A DNA stretch of 64,000 nt from a bacterium (GTDB lineage Bacteria > Patescibacteriota > Dojkabacteria > SC72). Position 1 is the first letter of the stretch; each line of letters opens with the position of its first letter. Below, in pieces: positions 1-9,711 of the stretch. Made by a program: the position numbers and the translations under genes. The notes under the pieces were generated by a model. The model saw nothing but the letters and a program-made list of their open reading frames with translations, had not been told where the DNA came from and searched no databases. Where the stretch lies: the NCBI GenBank assembly GCA_022840695.1, contig JALHDC010000003.1, positions 11,538 through 75,537 on the forward strand, given 5' to 3'.

Positions 1-1759
1 TTATATTTCGAATAACGGCAGAGGATATGAATCTACCAACTTTGTTTTGTATTGGAGATATTGCTTCTGTTAACAATCGGTTATTCTGACTCATTTGAGC
101 AAACTCTTCAACCCAAAATTTGTAAAGAATTGGATCACCAACCTGCTTTAATATGAATTTTCGATAGTTTGTATCTACAAGCAAACGAATTATCGCCAAA
201 AGTGTTGTTCCCTGAGCCTCTAAAGCTGTAGCTATGGTATTTGTGAGAATATATTGCAACCTAGGTCCCCATGATTCTCCAAATTGTTTCTTAAACACCT
301 CCACTACACCATCTGCGATCAAATCTCTTTGTGACTTGTCCTTAAGTTCTAACATATTAAAACCAACAGGATTTTCTACATCAGTTGGATTAAAATATAT
401 GACATCATCTATTCTATTTGGAGGAATATAGTCAAGAAGCTCCTCTACTGTATCACCATGTGGATCCACGAAACAAGCTCCCTCTCCTGCTAATACATCA
501 GATATGAACATATTTTTAAATAGTGTTGATTTTCCTGTACCTGTTTTACCAAGAAGATAGAAATGTCTTTGTCTATCAGCTTTCTTAATGCCGAACTCAA
601 CTTTAATATCTCTGTAATCTGTTTCTCCAAATATTGTTACCTCGCCCTCCGTAGCCTTAGGAAGATTCATAGGAGGTTCCAGTTTTCTTGCCCTGCTCCA
701 GGCAATATTGGGTGTCTCTACTGAAATATTAGGGAGATGATATAGAGAGGCTAATTCTTCAATATTCAATATATCAGGCTCATCTTTAGGAATATATCTT
801 TTTATATAGTCATCATATACCTCTTTCCCTGTTTTCTCTGGAAGTATATGTATAAAGTTATTTAAATGGGCTGTGGTGAACTGCTTAAAACTAGCTACCA
901 CATCTCTTAACATCTGCTCCGATCTAATTTGAGTATCAGCCTTTGCTACAACTCTAACTTTAAATTCAAACCCAACCTTCAACATCTTATTCTCTATCTC
1001 AGACAATTCCTCCTCCTGCCCAGGAAGCAGTTTAACAACCTCCTTCTGATTCTTGCTGTCAGAACTTTCTGTTAAAGCTTTTCTCATTCCCCTTACCAAA
1101 TCTGTTAAGAAAGAAAGAAGAGTTACACCATTGGGGTCCTTCCCCTCTTTTATTGCCGTTATATATTTCTTTGATCTTTCTTGCCAATAGTTTGAGACAG
1201 GTCTAGCAATAATCTGCAACCACACCTTCTCTCCCAAATTTAATTCAGACATAGCACCCGTGATAGCTGCTAATGGATCTACTTCAAAACTTCGGAATGT
1301 CTTTATGGGAAATATATAATCCTTTTCCATCTCTATTTCTCCTGTTGTGATAAATGTCTCCTGACTAGAAGAATCATTACTAGCATAATCCTGCACATAT
1401 TTAATATCCGCATTTGGATATTGAGCATATATTTGGCCTTCAATGAAACGAGATAGATGCTCCGGAGCTACAACATAGAATCTAATTCCATCTTGTTCTG
1501 TAGAAGCTATTTCAAAACTAATAACATCTAAACATTTTTCATAGTCCTCCAAAATACCATGTATAGAAGCAAACATCTGTTCTGCTGCCAACGATGCTTT
1601 TTCATTTTCTCTTGGGACAAGTATCTGCATCACAAAAGGATTTCTAACCTCTTCAAAAACAGAAACCTCCTCTTTCTTTTTATTACCAACAACAAAGATA
1701 AAGATCAAAAATAGTATAGAAAGAAGAAGAAGAAAAAATATTACTAAAGTCATTATCAT
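1..1759 (-). CDS. VirD4/TraG/HerA-like (DUF87-type) P-loop ATPase with N-terminal TM helix; partial, runs off the window start
   Basis: Missing from the ORF track because it has no stop in the window. Manual minus-strand translation from ATG 1759 gives MIMTLVIFFLLLLSILF... and later DRQRHFYLLGKTGTGKSTLF (Walker A) and FVDPHGD, typical of CPR coupling-protein-like ATPases. Confidence 0.8.
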   Translation of the reverse strand, partial: MIMTLVIFFLLLLSILFLIFIFVVGNKKKEEVSVFEEVRNPFVMQILVPRENEKASLAAEQMFASIHGILEDYEKCLDVISFEIASTEQDGIRFYVVAPEHLSRFIEGQIYAQYPNADIKYVQDYASNDSSSQETFITTGEIEMEKDYIFPIKTFRSFEVDPLAAITGAMSELNLGEKVWLQIIARPVSNYWQERSKKYITAIKEGKDPNGVTLLSFLTDLVRGMRKALTESSDSKNQKEVVKLLPGQEEELSEIENKMLKVGFEFKVRVVAKADTQIRSEQMLRDVVASFKQFTTAHLNNFIHILPEKTGKEVYDDYIKRYIPKDEPDILNIEELASLYHLPNISVETPNIAWSRARKLEPPMNLPKATEGEVTIFGETDYRDIKVEFGIKKADRQRHFYLLGKTGTGKSTLFKNMFISDVLAGEGACFVDPHGDTVEELLDYIPPNRIDDVIYFNPTDVENPVGFNMLELKDKSQRDLIADGVVEVFKKQFGESWGPRLQYILTNTIATALEAQGTTLLAIIRLLVDTNYRKFILKQVGDPILYKFWVEEFAQMSQNNRLLTEAISPIQNKVGRFISSAVIRNI

Positions 1760-1804
1760 ACTGCAAATTGTAAATGAAAAAAGCTTTTTAAGCAAATATT
1801 AACA

Positions 1805-2998
1805 CTAGAAAATCTCTATTTGTGAAATATCTTCCCCAAGAAGTATTACAATGTCTCCCGTTGTCATAAAAGAGGGTCTTTCGGCAACTTCTTCAAATCT
1901 CCCGAGAAGGATTTCTGATACAATATCTAAAGAATTTGGAATATCTTGAGCATTTGATACATAGACAACACTTTTCTCTAGGTTCTTAGGTGCATTACCA
2001 AATCTAACTACATCTAACCCATTATTTAATACTTTTCTAGCATATACTCCCGCCCTACCAGCTTGACCACTTGCATTGTATACCTCTACCCGGACCCTCT
2101 CCTTCTCTAATTCTTTATCAACCATACCTGAAAGATATGCCCTCAAAGCTTTATCATATTCAGAAATATTTATATTCCTAACCTGTCCTCCACCTTCCGC
2201 AAGCTCCTCGGTAGAATACAAGGATAAGGAGATATCTAATGCATTTGTTTCAGAGGATCTTACACTAGATTCAAAAGTATCTATCTCTCTTAGTACATTA
2301 ACAAATGAAATATTTGAGTAAATATTCCCATCCATTCTACTTACTGTCTTAGCATTGAGTAATGTTTTTAAACTACCAAATTGCGATGAAAGAGTGTGCA
2401 ATCGAAAAAATGATTCAGAAAGGGTCGTTCCATTTTCCTTTTTATACATATCTCTATATCTTTCTTTTACCTCATTCATATCTCCATATACTTCACTAAA
2501 TACCTCGTAAGCTTCTGTTGTTACCCAAATATATTTATCTACTTTAAATCCAAGTATTTCACTTAATTGCCACAAGGCATACTCTACACCCCTGCCTTCC
2601 TGTAGGAAATCCCCTGCATATCTTAAAGATGATATTGCTACTGAATTTCCGAAATTTTCTTCTAATCCATTAAAGTGTAAAGATCCAGGAAGATATATCA
2701 GCAATGAAACAGCTTTCTCTCGATTTCTAAGAAATACATATACATCAGCAATTCTCCTTTTCTCGTTCTTCTCCCTTTCGAAAATGAAAATGGTACTTTC
2801 TAATGCATCCTCAGATTTAGATAAAATTCCATATCCGGGGATATTCTCTTCTATTGGATCTGTTGTTTTTATGTTAAAGAGAGTAAAGAAAGAAAAGATT
2901 AACAAACATATACTCCCTAAAAACAGTACAGAGGAAAGCAAAAGTTTCCAATTAAAAAGTTTCCCCTCTCTTTTTACTCTTCTCCTTCCTTTCCTCAT
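1805..2998 (-). CDS. LCP-like membrane protein with LytR C-terminal domain
   Basis: N-terminal TM helix; C-terminal RVEVYNASGQAGRAG...GNA...DIVILLGED matches the LytR_C pattern. Confidence 0.7.
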   Translation of the reverse strand: MRKGRRRVKREGKLFNWKLLLSSVLFLGSICLLIFSFFTLFNIKTTDPIEENIPGYGILSKSEDALESTIFIFEREKNEKRRIADVYVFLRNREKAVSLLIYLPGSLHFNGLEENFGNSVAISSLRYAGDFLQEGRGVEYALWQLSEILGFKVDKYIWVTTEAYEVFSEVYGDMNEVKERYRDMYKKENGTTLSESFFRLHTLSSQFGSLKTLLNAKTVSRMDGNIYSNISFVNVLREIDTFESSVRSSETNALDISLSLYSTEELAEGGGQVRNINISEYDKALRAYLSGMVDKELEKERVRVEVYNASGQAGRAGVYARKVLNNGLDVVRFGNAPKNLEKSVVYVSNAQDIPNSLDIVSEILLGRFEEVAERPSFMTTGDIVILLGEDISQIEIF

Positions 2999-2999
2999 A

Positions 3000-3980
3000 C
3001 TAAATATCTTTTATTATTAAATCTTTTCCTTCTGTATCCTTAAACTTCAATAAAATTGATTTCAATTCTATTTTATCTGGCATACTCCTTTGCGATCCAT
3101 TGCCATACAAAGTATCTCCAATTATTGTCATACCTAAATATTCTAATGTAGCTCGAATTTGGTGCATTCTACCAGTTTCTATTATTACTAATATATCTTG
3201 ATTATTAATAGGTTTAATATATGAAATAGAGTTCTTAGCATTGCCACTCTTGAATATATTAAATTCCATCTTCACCCTATTTCTTGGACTCCTCCTTATA
3301 TATCCCCTAGCCTCATACCAAGAATTATCTAGAAGAAAATCGTTTTTTACGACAGCATCTATTTCCTTCTTTATATTTCTCCCTTTAATCGAGAAATATT
3401 CCTTTATCTCAGGTTTTAATTCAGAGTATTCTACCGTAGCAAGATATATCTTTTTAACCTTATGCTCTTCAAACTGTTTCTGAAGAAATTTCTGTGATCT
3501 ATATGACTTGGCAAAGACTATTAATCCTGAGACCCCTTTATCCAACCTATGCACAACCCCTGCTCGTTTAACTCTACTGTCATACTCCCCCTTTGATTCT
3601 AAATATCCACAAACCTTATTAGCTAAAGTATTTCCTCTATTCCCAATTCCTGGATGTACAACCATGCCCTTCTCCTTCTTTATAACTAGGAAATCTGTAT
3701 TTTCAAAGACAATATCTAAATCTCCTTCCTCCGCCTCTATCCTTACATCAGTACTCATGCTATCTTCTAATTCCTTAACCCTGTCCTCATTGACAAAAAT
3801 TTCATCTCCTTCGCTCAACTTATATCCTGGTTTTTGTACCTTACTATTGACAGTCACTAAGTCAGACCAATTGGATTTCAAAACGGTACGAGTTAATACA
3901 ATATGACCTACACTTTCTAAATATTTTGAAAGAAAAACATCTAATCTCTTTCCTACATACTCTCTAGATATCTTAATCAT
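3000..3980 (-). CDS. rluD: RluA/RluD-family pseudouridine synthase
   Basis: S4-like start (RLDVFL), KGMVVHP, catalytic VHRLD, TGRMHQIR, GDTLYG. Confidence 0.85.
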   Translation of the reverse strand: MIKISREYVGKRLDVFLSKYLESVGHIVLTRTVLKSNWSDLVTVNSKVQKPGYKLSEGDEIFVNEDRVKELEDSMSTDVRIEAEEGDLDIVFENTDFLVIKKEKGMVVHPGIGNRGNTLANKVCGYLESKGEYDSRVKRAGVVHRLDKGVSGLIVFAKSYRSQKFLQKQFEEHKVKKIYLATVEYSELKPEIKEYFSIKGRNIKKEIDAVVKNDFLLDNSWYEARGYIRRSPRNRVKMEFNIFKSGNAKNSISYIKPINNQDILVIIETGRMHQIRATLEYLGMTIIGDTLYGNGSQRSMPDKIELKSILLKFKDTEGKDLIIKDI

Positions 3981-3983
3981 ATC

Positions 3984-4823
3984 TTATTTAGGTAATTTTA
4001 TTGGCTGATTTATATCAATAGAAGACACCTCTCTAACAGAAGAAACCCTTTCTATAGTGACACTACCCTTCTTTTTCCTACCGGCTATATTTAGAATTAT
4101 TCCAAATACAGTCCACACAAGGAAAAACACAACCCCACCTCTCTCAATATCGCTAATATCTATGGAAAGATATACATATGTTGTGTATATAACTAACAGA
4201 AGTGTAAAAAAAGTATCTAATACAGTTAAGACTTTTTCTTCCTTACTCCCTATCATCACAGCTTTTACAGAATTCTTCAAAAGAAAAAGTACAAATGGAA
4301 GCAAGATCATTACCAAACCCTGAGTTATCCAAGCAATATTCTTTGTTACACCTCCTAAAAGAAAGAATGACATACCCAACATTGATTGAGCTGTAAAGAA
4401 TATTGTGGTAAAAAGTTCGCTCCATTTCCATTTCTTAACAAAAATGACCCAGAAACCAGCAAATGTGAGGAATCCAACAAACATTAAAAGAATATCTATT
4501 CCCCAATCCCAAAATCTAAAAAATCTCCACGGAAGAACTCTAAACCAAAATATCTCATTACCATATTTCTCATATGGCAACCAATACCAGAAAAACGAAG
4601 AGAAATCACTCCAGTGAGTGATTATGTAAGATACTCTTCCTGTAAATAATCCAACAACAAAAGAAAGAAAAAAAACATCAAATATTGAAGTATTATTCTT
4701 CCTACTCTCCCAACAACCTCTCCAAAATATATATAATCCCAGAATTATCACAAAAGAGAAAAGAAACACTGGATGAATTTTAGAGAAAAGTTCACTAAAT
4801 TTTTCAATGAAAGTTTGATACAA
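3984..4823 (-). CDS. Polytopic membrane protein, Lgt-like (divergent)
   Basis: About 7 TM segments; GLFTGRVSYIITHW resembles the Lgt N-terminal motif. Confidence 0.45.
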   Translation of the reverse strand: MYQTFIEKFSELFSKIHPVFLFSFVIILGLYIFWRGCWESRKNNTSIFDVFFLSFVVGLFTGRVSYIITHWSDFSSFFWYWLPYEKYGNEIFWFRVLPWRFFRFWDWGIDILLMFVGFLTFAGFWVIFVKKWKWSELFTTIFFTAQSMLGMSFFLLGGVTKNIAWITQGLVMILLPFVLFLLKNSVKAVMIGSKEEKVLTVLDTFFTLLLVIYTTYVYLSIDISDIERGGVVFFLVWTVFGIILNIAGRKKKGSVTIERVSSVREVSSIDINQPIKLPK

Positions 4824-4875
4824 CTCTGTTACAAAGGACTAAATTATATATCTTTATGATATCACAACTGAGATA

Positions 4876-5616
4876 CTATTTAGACTTTTCATTCTTCTTC
4901 TTTTTTGAATTTTCATTAACATCTACAACCTTCTCTTCTTTTTTAATCAAATTCTTAACTCTGTCAAACAATTTTTTACTTTGGTTAATGATAATTTCAT
5001 ACCCTCCGACAATTGACTCCCCTATCTTAACTGAAAATCCCTTTCTAATACTGTATCTTGTCTTCTTAGTCTCAACAACTTCTGTAGCTTCATCCTTAGT
5101 AGCCTGTATCTGTTTTTCCATGACTTCCTGAGTTGGTGCTAATTCCTCCACAACAGAAGATTTTTTCTTCATCTCCTGTCCACAGTAAGGGCAATATTTA
5201 TTCTTTTTGTCAACCAAAACCTCACATCTCTCACACCTTCTCTTTAACTTATACTTACAATTAGGGCAGAAGGTAAAACCTGGATAAAGCTGAGTTCCAC
5301 ACCTTGGACAATCACCTAACTCCGCAGTCTCATACTTTAAATATCTTCTCTCTAAATCTGCCCAATATATCTCCTCTATGGTCTGAGTAGGTCTAATAAT
5401 CAAATATATTATCCAACCAACTACATTTAATGAAGCAACCAAAAGTACGTATAAATATCTCACAGTCCTATTAGATGTTCTATCTCCAGAATCTAACCAA
5501 ACCCAATACAATACAACAAACCAAAATACTATCAACGCATAAAGGAATATATTCCAAACAAATTTGAAATCTATATTACCTATACTCTCCAAGAAATCTA
5601 ATATGAATTGTTCCAT
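4876..5616 (-). CDS. Membrane protein with double zinc ribbon
   Basis: Two TM helices followed by CPRC, CPNC, CERC and CPYC. Confidence 0.75.
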   Translation of the reverse strand: MEQFILDFLESIGNIDFKFVWNIFLYALIVFWFVVLYWVWLDSGDRTSNRTVRYLYVLLVASLNVVGWIIYLIIRPTQTIEEIYWADLERRYLKYETAELGDCPRCGTQLYPGFTFCPNCKYKLKRRCERCEVLVDKKNKYCPYCGQEMKKKSSVVEELAPTQEVMEKQIQATKDEATEVVETKKTRYSIRKGFSVKIGESIVGGYEIIINQSKKLFDRVKNLIKKEEKVVDVNENSKKKKNEKSK

Positions 5617-5644
5617 AATGAATATAAATTAAAATACATCTATA

Positions 5645-5728
5645 TGGTCGAGGAGGGAATCGAACCCTCATGCTATTGCTAGCACGGGATTTTGAGTCCC
5701 GCGTGTCTGCCAGTTCCACCACTCGACC
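5645..5728 (-). tRNA. tRNA-Leu(CAA), CCA not encoded
   Basis: Minus strand: acceptor stem GGTCGAG/CTCGACC plus A, anticodon arm CGGGA-CTCAAAA-TCCCG, long variable arm, GGTTCGATTCC T arm. Confidence 0.95.
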
Positions 5729-5750
5729 TTAATATTGCCGTAATTATACT

Positions 5751-6188
5751 TTAGGGACAGACCCTTGTCCATTTATAGTCTTCTGCATTCTTTACAAAAC
5801 CTGCCTTAACAGGATTTTCTAATATGTATTTAACAACCCTATCTAAACCTTCTTGAGATCTAATTGACCTAGCATTATACCTACCTTGAAAAACATGGCC
5901 CACCCTTTTATATTTTTTGTTTATATAGATACAGTAGGCAGTCATAAAACGTTGCATCAATAGGGATAATTTAGAGGGACAGACCCCGGTTTTTATCAAC
6001 AAATGAAAATGATTATCCATAAGGCAATAAGCCTTAATTTTGATCTTGTAGCATCGGTTGTACTTATATAGCAAATCTAGAAAAATCCTCTTGTCATCAG
6101 AATCTCTAAACACTTTCGCTTTGTTATTACCCCTGTTATATATGTGATAATAGGTGTTTTTCTGGAAATCTCGTTTTCTCCTTGGCAT
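5751..6188 (-). mobile_element. REP-associated tyrosine transposase (RAYT, Y1_Tnp/IS200-like HUH) copy 1
   Basis: YYHIYNRG, YCLMDNHFHLL (HUH), GHVFQGRY, YILENPVKAG (catalytic Tyr). Confidence 0.85.
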
Positions 6189-6243
6189 GATCCAAGAATA
6201 ACAAAGTATTATGAAATCTAGATTAAATGAAGGGACAGACCCC
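5753..6243. repeat. Three copies of REP-like palindrome AGGGACAGACCC(C/T) at 5753-5765, 5975-5987 and 6231-6243
   Basis: Identical 12-mer AGGGACAGACCC read directly three times, in and beside RAYT copy 1. Confidence 0.8.
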
Positions 6244-7553
6244 TATTTTTTATACAAGTTTCTGAAACTTGCAATCTCATTAACAAATGCTAACTTTACA
6301 AGACCCGTAGGACCATTTCTATGCTTTGCAACTATTAACTCTCCCACACCCTTGTTCTCTGTTTCTGGGTCCCAAACCTCTTCCCTATCAATGAAAAGAA
6401 CTACATCGGCATCCTGTTCTATAGAACCTGATTCTCTAAGATCAGATAATTGAGGCCTCCTACTCTGTCTTTGCTCTATCGCCCTTGAAAGCTGAGAAAG
6501 TCCTACCACAGGTATATCCAGTTCTTTGGCAATATTTTTCAAACCCTGTGATATTTCACCAACCTCTAAAGTCCTACTCTCTTTACTATTTCCATGCATT
6601 AATTGAAGATAGTCTACAAAAATAATATCCAAACCTCTCTCTAATGCCAATCTTCTTGCCTTCGTTCTCAATGCATTTATATGCTGACCTGCTTGATCAT
6701 CAATGAAAATGTTCGCATCTGCTAACTCTCCCATTGTATCAGCTAATTTCATAAATTTTTTATCACTTAACCTTCCCGTCCTTATCTCCCAGAAAGGAAT
6801 ACCTGATTGCATACCAAGTAGTCTATCCATAATTTGGGTTTTGGACATTTCCAAAGAGAAAAAAGCTACAGTTTTATTCTCTACCAAAGCAGCATGTCTC
6901 ATCATATCAAGAGCCAAAGCCGTCTTTCCCACAGATGGTCTAGCAGCAAGTATTACTAAATCAGATTTTTGAAAACCACCCAAAAGGTCATCCAAATCTT
7001 TAAACCCTGTAGATATTCCCAAATATGCCTCATCCTTGTCTGCTCTCTCTGCTCTCTCATAGGCATCTTTGAGTAAATCCTTTATATGGACAAAGTTAGT
7101 CTTTGTCCCAGTTTGTGCTACATCAAAAACTTGCCTCTCAGATCTATCAATAACCTCATCTATGTTCACCGATTCATTAAATGCTAATTCTGTTATATTT
7201 CTACTTGCAGATATCAATCCTCTTCTTGTTGCACTTTCTTTAATTATTTCTCCATACTCCTCAGCATGTGCAGATGTTGCAACCATTGTAGCTAAATCAG
7301 CTAGATATGCCCTACCTCCAATATTTGTTAATTTCTTTTGCTTTTTTAACCTATCAGTTAATGTAATTAAATCAACAGGTAATCCTTCATTAAAAAGCCC
7401 TACAATGTTGGAATATATCAACATATGCCTATCATCATAGAAATGCTCGGGAAGGAGCCAACCTGAGACAGCAATTATTGCATCCTTATCCACAAGCATA
7501 CAACCAAGTAATGATTGCTCTACTTCTATATTTTGTGGTGGAACTTTTTCCAT
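6243..7553 (-). CDS. dnaB: Replicative DNA helicase
   Basis: PPQNIEVEQSLLG, AARPSVGKT, VDYLQL, LSQLSR, DLRESGSIEQDAD, KHRNGP. Confidence 0.98.
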   Translation of the reverse strand: MEKVPPQNIEVEQSLLGCMLVDKDAIIAVSGWLLPEHFYDDRHMLIYSNIVGLFNEGLPVDLITLTDRLKKQKKLTNIGGRAYLADLATMVATSAHAEEYGEIIKESATRRGLISASRNITELAFNESVNIDEVIDRSERQVFDVAQTGTKTNFVHIKDLLKDAYERAERADKDEAYLGISTGFKDLDDLLGGFQKSDLVILAARPSVGKTALALDMMRHAALVENKTVAFFSLEMSKTQIMDRLLGMQSGIPFWEIRTGRLSDKKFMKLADTMGELADANIFIDDQAGQHINALRTKARRLALERGLDIIFVDYLQLMHGNSKESRTLEVGEISQGLKNIAKELDIPVVGLSQLSRAIEQRQSRRPQLSDLRESGSIEQDADVVLFIDREEVWDPETENKGVGELIVAKHRNGPTGLVKLAFVNEIASFRNLYKK

Positions 7554-7568
7554 TTTTTAATTATTAAA

Positions 7569-8213
7569 TTATTGCAAAAATACTACTTCCACTCCTGCTT
7601 GATCCTCCTCAACCCTTTTTTTATTAACATTCAAATAGTTTTCATCTCGGACATTAGCAAAACCAAAATGTTTTATGAATTCCTCTTTACCTTTCAGATC
7701 TTTATTATTTCCTCCCTCCTCTTTATATGCACAAGGGATCAATATTGCAGGATCTGTATTTGAAATAATTTTTTCTATTTTTTCAAAATCCATAAATGTA
7801 ACTCCATCCCCTACAGGAATGATTAAGACATCAACATCACCTAAATCTTTTGTATCCTTAGGATCGAATGAATTATCTGTACCTCCCATATACACTACTC
7901 GGATATTTTTTTCATCAATGAGATAGAAATTATCACCGATTCCCCTTCTAATCATTATTCCCCCAACCTCATACTCTCCAGGAGTGTATACCTCCATAAC
8001 CTTCTCTCTTTTATCTCCAACTACCTTATTATCCAACTTATTGTCCTCCAAAATACTTTTCTTTGGATCTTTGATATCTGTAAATATACATACATCTGCT
8101 CTTGTCTTTGGGAAATTTACACCAGAATTGGCTAACATTAAAGGATCTGTCAGTGCTGTAATATTATCACTTGTTAAAAGAAAACTTGTCCACCCTATCT
8201 TTTTAATTTTCAT
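7569..8213 (-). CDS. MBL-fold (Lactamase_B_3-like) protein, metal motif degenerate
   Basis: IGWTSFLL, TDP, PGEYEVGG, DVDVLIIPVG, P.ILIP pattern; HxHxDH absent. Confidence 0.65.
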   Translation of the reverse strand: MKIKKIGWTSFLLTSDNITALTDPLMLANSGVNFPKTRADVCIFTDIKDPKKSILEDNKLDNKVVGDKREKVMEVYTPGEYEVGGIMIRRGIGDNFYLIDEKNIRVVYMGGTDNSFDPKDTKDLGDVDVLIIPVGDGVTFMDFEKIEKIISNTDPAILIPCAYKEEGGNNKDLKGKEEFIKHFGFANVRDENYLNVNKKRVEEDQAGVEVVFLQ

Positions 8214-8294
8214 ATATTGTTTTTAGTAAAGTTTAAAATACATGTACTAGTATGTAAGTATATCAAATTCTTCTATGGGGCAGTAATTTCTTTA

Positions 8295-8516
8295 TTAATC
8301 CACAAGACCTAGCGATTTTCTGACATCCTCAACCATTGATTCTTTCATCTGTTGCTTTATCAATTCTGTCTTAAGACTTTCCAATGAGGATATACTCGCC
8401 TGAAGTTGTGTCATTACCTTTGTATCATTTTCTGAAGAAAGAATCATCTTTTTAACACCTCCTACCTGTCCTTCGACTCTCTTAATTCTATTCTGAATAC
8501 TCTTTGAATATTTCAT
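8295..8516 (-). CDS. CsoR/RcnR/FrmR-family repressor-like protein
   Basis: NRIKRVEGQVGGVKKMI...Q..A..S.L signature. Confidence 0.75.
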   Translation of the reverse strand: MKYSKSIQNRIKRVEGQVGGVKKMILSSENDTKVMTQLQASISSLESLKTELIKQQMKESMVEDVRKSLGLVD

Positions 8517-8561
8517 ACATACAATATATCATGAACTTTCTTTCGGGCAAAGAGTAAAAGG

Positions 8562-9245
8562 TTATGCTTTTCTAAAAGAAGTCATCTTCTCTGTCAACAC
8601 TGACCCTGCAAATGCGAGTATGAATGTTGCGCCAAAAATCTCAAGAGATTCCTCTGCAATTACATATTCATTATATCCTTCTTGAAACATAATATGTGGC
8701 ATAGTATTTACATATTCTATGGCAATAGCGAGAAGGAAAAGTCCCCATCCAATTGCCATCATCCAAACATTCGGGATTTTTTCTCTAGCAAATCTAATGA
8801 CAAAGTAGGCAACTATCAGAGTAAGGATGATGAAAGGGCCTATGTAATATGGAAGCCAAGTTGTAGATGCATATCCTAAGTCAGTAATACTACTTTCATA
8901 CAGAACAGCACTCTCTCCAATAATTTCCTTCATATATGTAGAAATATTTTCATGGAGCTGCCCTATTTCATCTATACCTAAAAAGAAAGTCATACCGGCG
9001 AGTAAAACCCAAAACCATTCTCTTTTTAATGTCCCCTTTTTTAAATATATCAAGCACACAATCAAGAGTGATACAGTTGTAGAAAATATTAATTTGGAAC
9101 CTTGATATATTGTTGGTAGATTGGATTCGTAGTCTAAATGAAAAACAGCCATTTGAGGGAATATTAAATGTAACAGTATTACTAATACATCAATACTTAG
9201 AAACAGAAACAAGAAAGAAAATGGATTTTTAAAAAAGTTTTTCAT
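8562..9245 (-). CDS. Hypothetical polytopic membrane protein
   Basis: About 6 TM segments with ESNLPT, IDE...LHE and EESLE motifs. Confidence 0.6.
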   Translation of the reverse strand: MKNFFKNPFSFLFLFLSIDVLVILLHLIFPQMAVFHLDYESNLPTIYQGSKLIFSTTVSLLIVCLIYLKKGTLKREWFWVLLAGMTFFLGIDEIGQLHENISTYMKEIIGESAVLYESSITDLGYASTTWLPYYIGPFIILTLIVAYFVIRFAREKIPNVWMMAIGWGLFLLAIAIEYVNTMPHIMFQEGYNEYVIAEESLEIFGATFILAFAGSVLTEKMTSFRKA

Positions 9246-9334
9246 ACCTCATTAACAGTATCATATTAAAACAGAAATTTGAAGATTAACTCTCCTTTAC
9301 TCCCCTATTATGTTCTGATATAATCACACTCGTT

Positions 9335-9673
9335 ATGAAGAAAGATATACATCCAAAGTATAATAATAAATTGCAGATCACATGCTCATGTGGAAACAGC
9401 TTTGTAACTGGTTCTACATTGGATCAAGACAACATTACTGTAGAGATATGCTCAAAATGCCATCCTTTCTATACTGGAGAACAGAAGATTGTTGATACAG
9501 ATAATCTTGTAAGAAAGTTTGAAGAGAGAGTTGCTAAATCTAAAACTTTGTCTTTCAAGAGTAAAAAGGAAAAGATGGAGAAAAGAAGAAAGAAGATTGA
9601 GGAGGCTGGAAATAAACCTACCTCTACCCTCACACTTAGAGATATGCTTGAAAACGCAAAGGTTTCTAAGTAA
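9335..9673 (+). CDS. rpmE: 50S ribosomal protein L31 (Zn-type) with C-terminal extension
   Basis: MKKDIHPKY, CSCGN, CSKCHPFYTG. Confidence 0.97.
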   Translation: MKKDIHPKYNNKLQITCSCGNSFVTGSTLDQDNITVEICSKCHPFYTGEQKIVDTDNLVRKFEERVAKSKTLSFKSKKEKMEKRRKKIEEAGNKPTSTLTLRDMLENAKVSK

Positions 9674-9711
9674 CAAATTCCCTTAAATAATTTAAAGTGA
9701 TATTATCCATT

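Noticed and set aside
1-1759. Conjugative element or ICE inferred from the VirD4-like ATPase
   Set aside because: The visible neighbours are housekeeping genes, with no relaxase, VirB or integrase genes. The other flank is outside the window.
5751-6188. Classical IS200/IS605 insertion sequence
   Set aside because: There is no tnpB and no long subterminal hairpins; the sequence motifs and short palindromes fit the RAYT class better.
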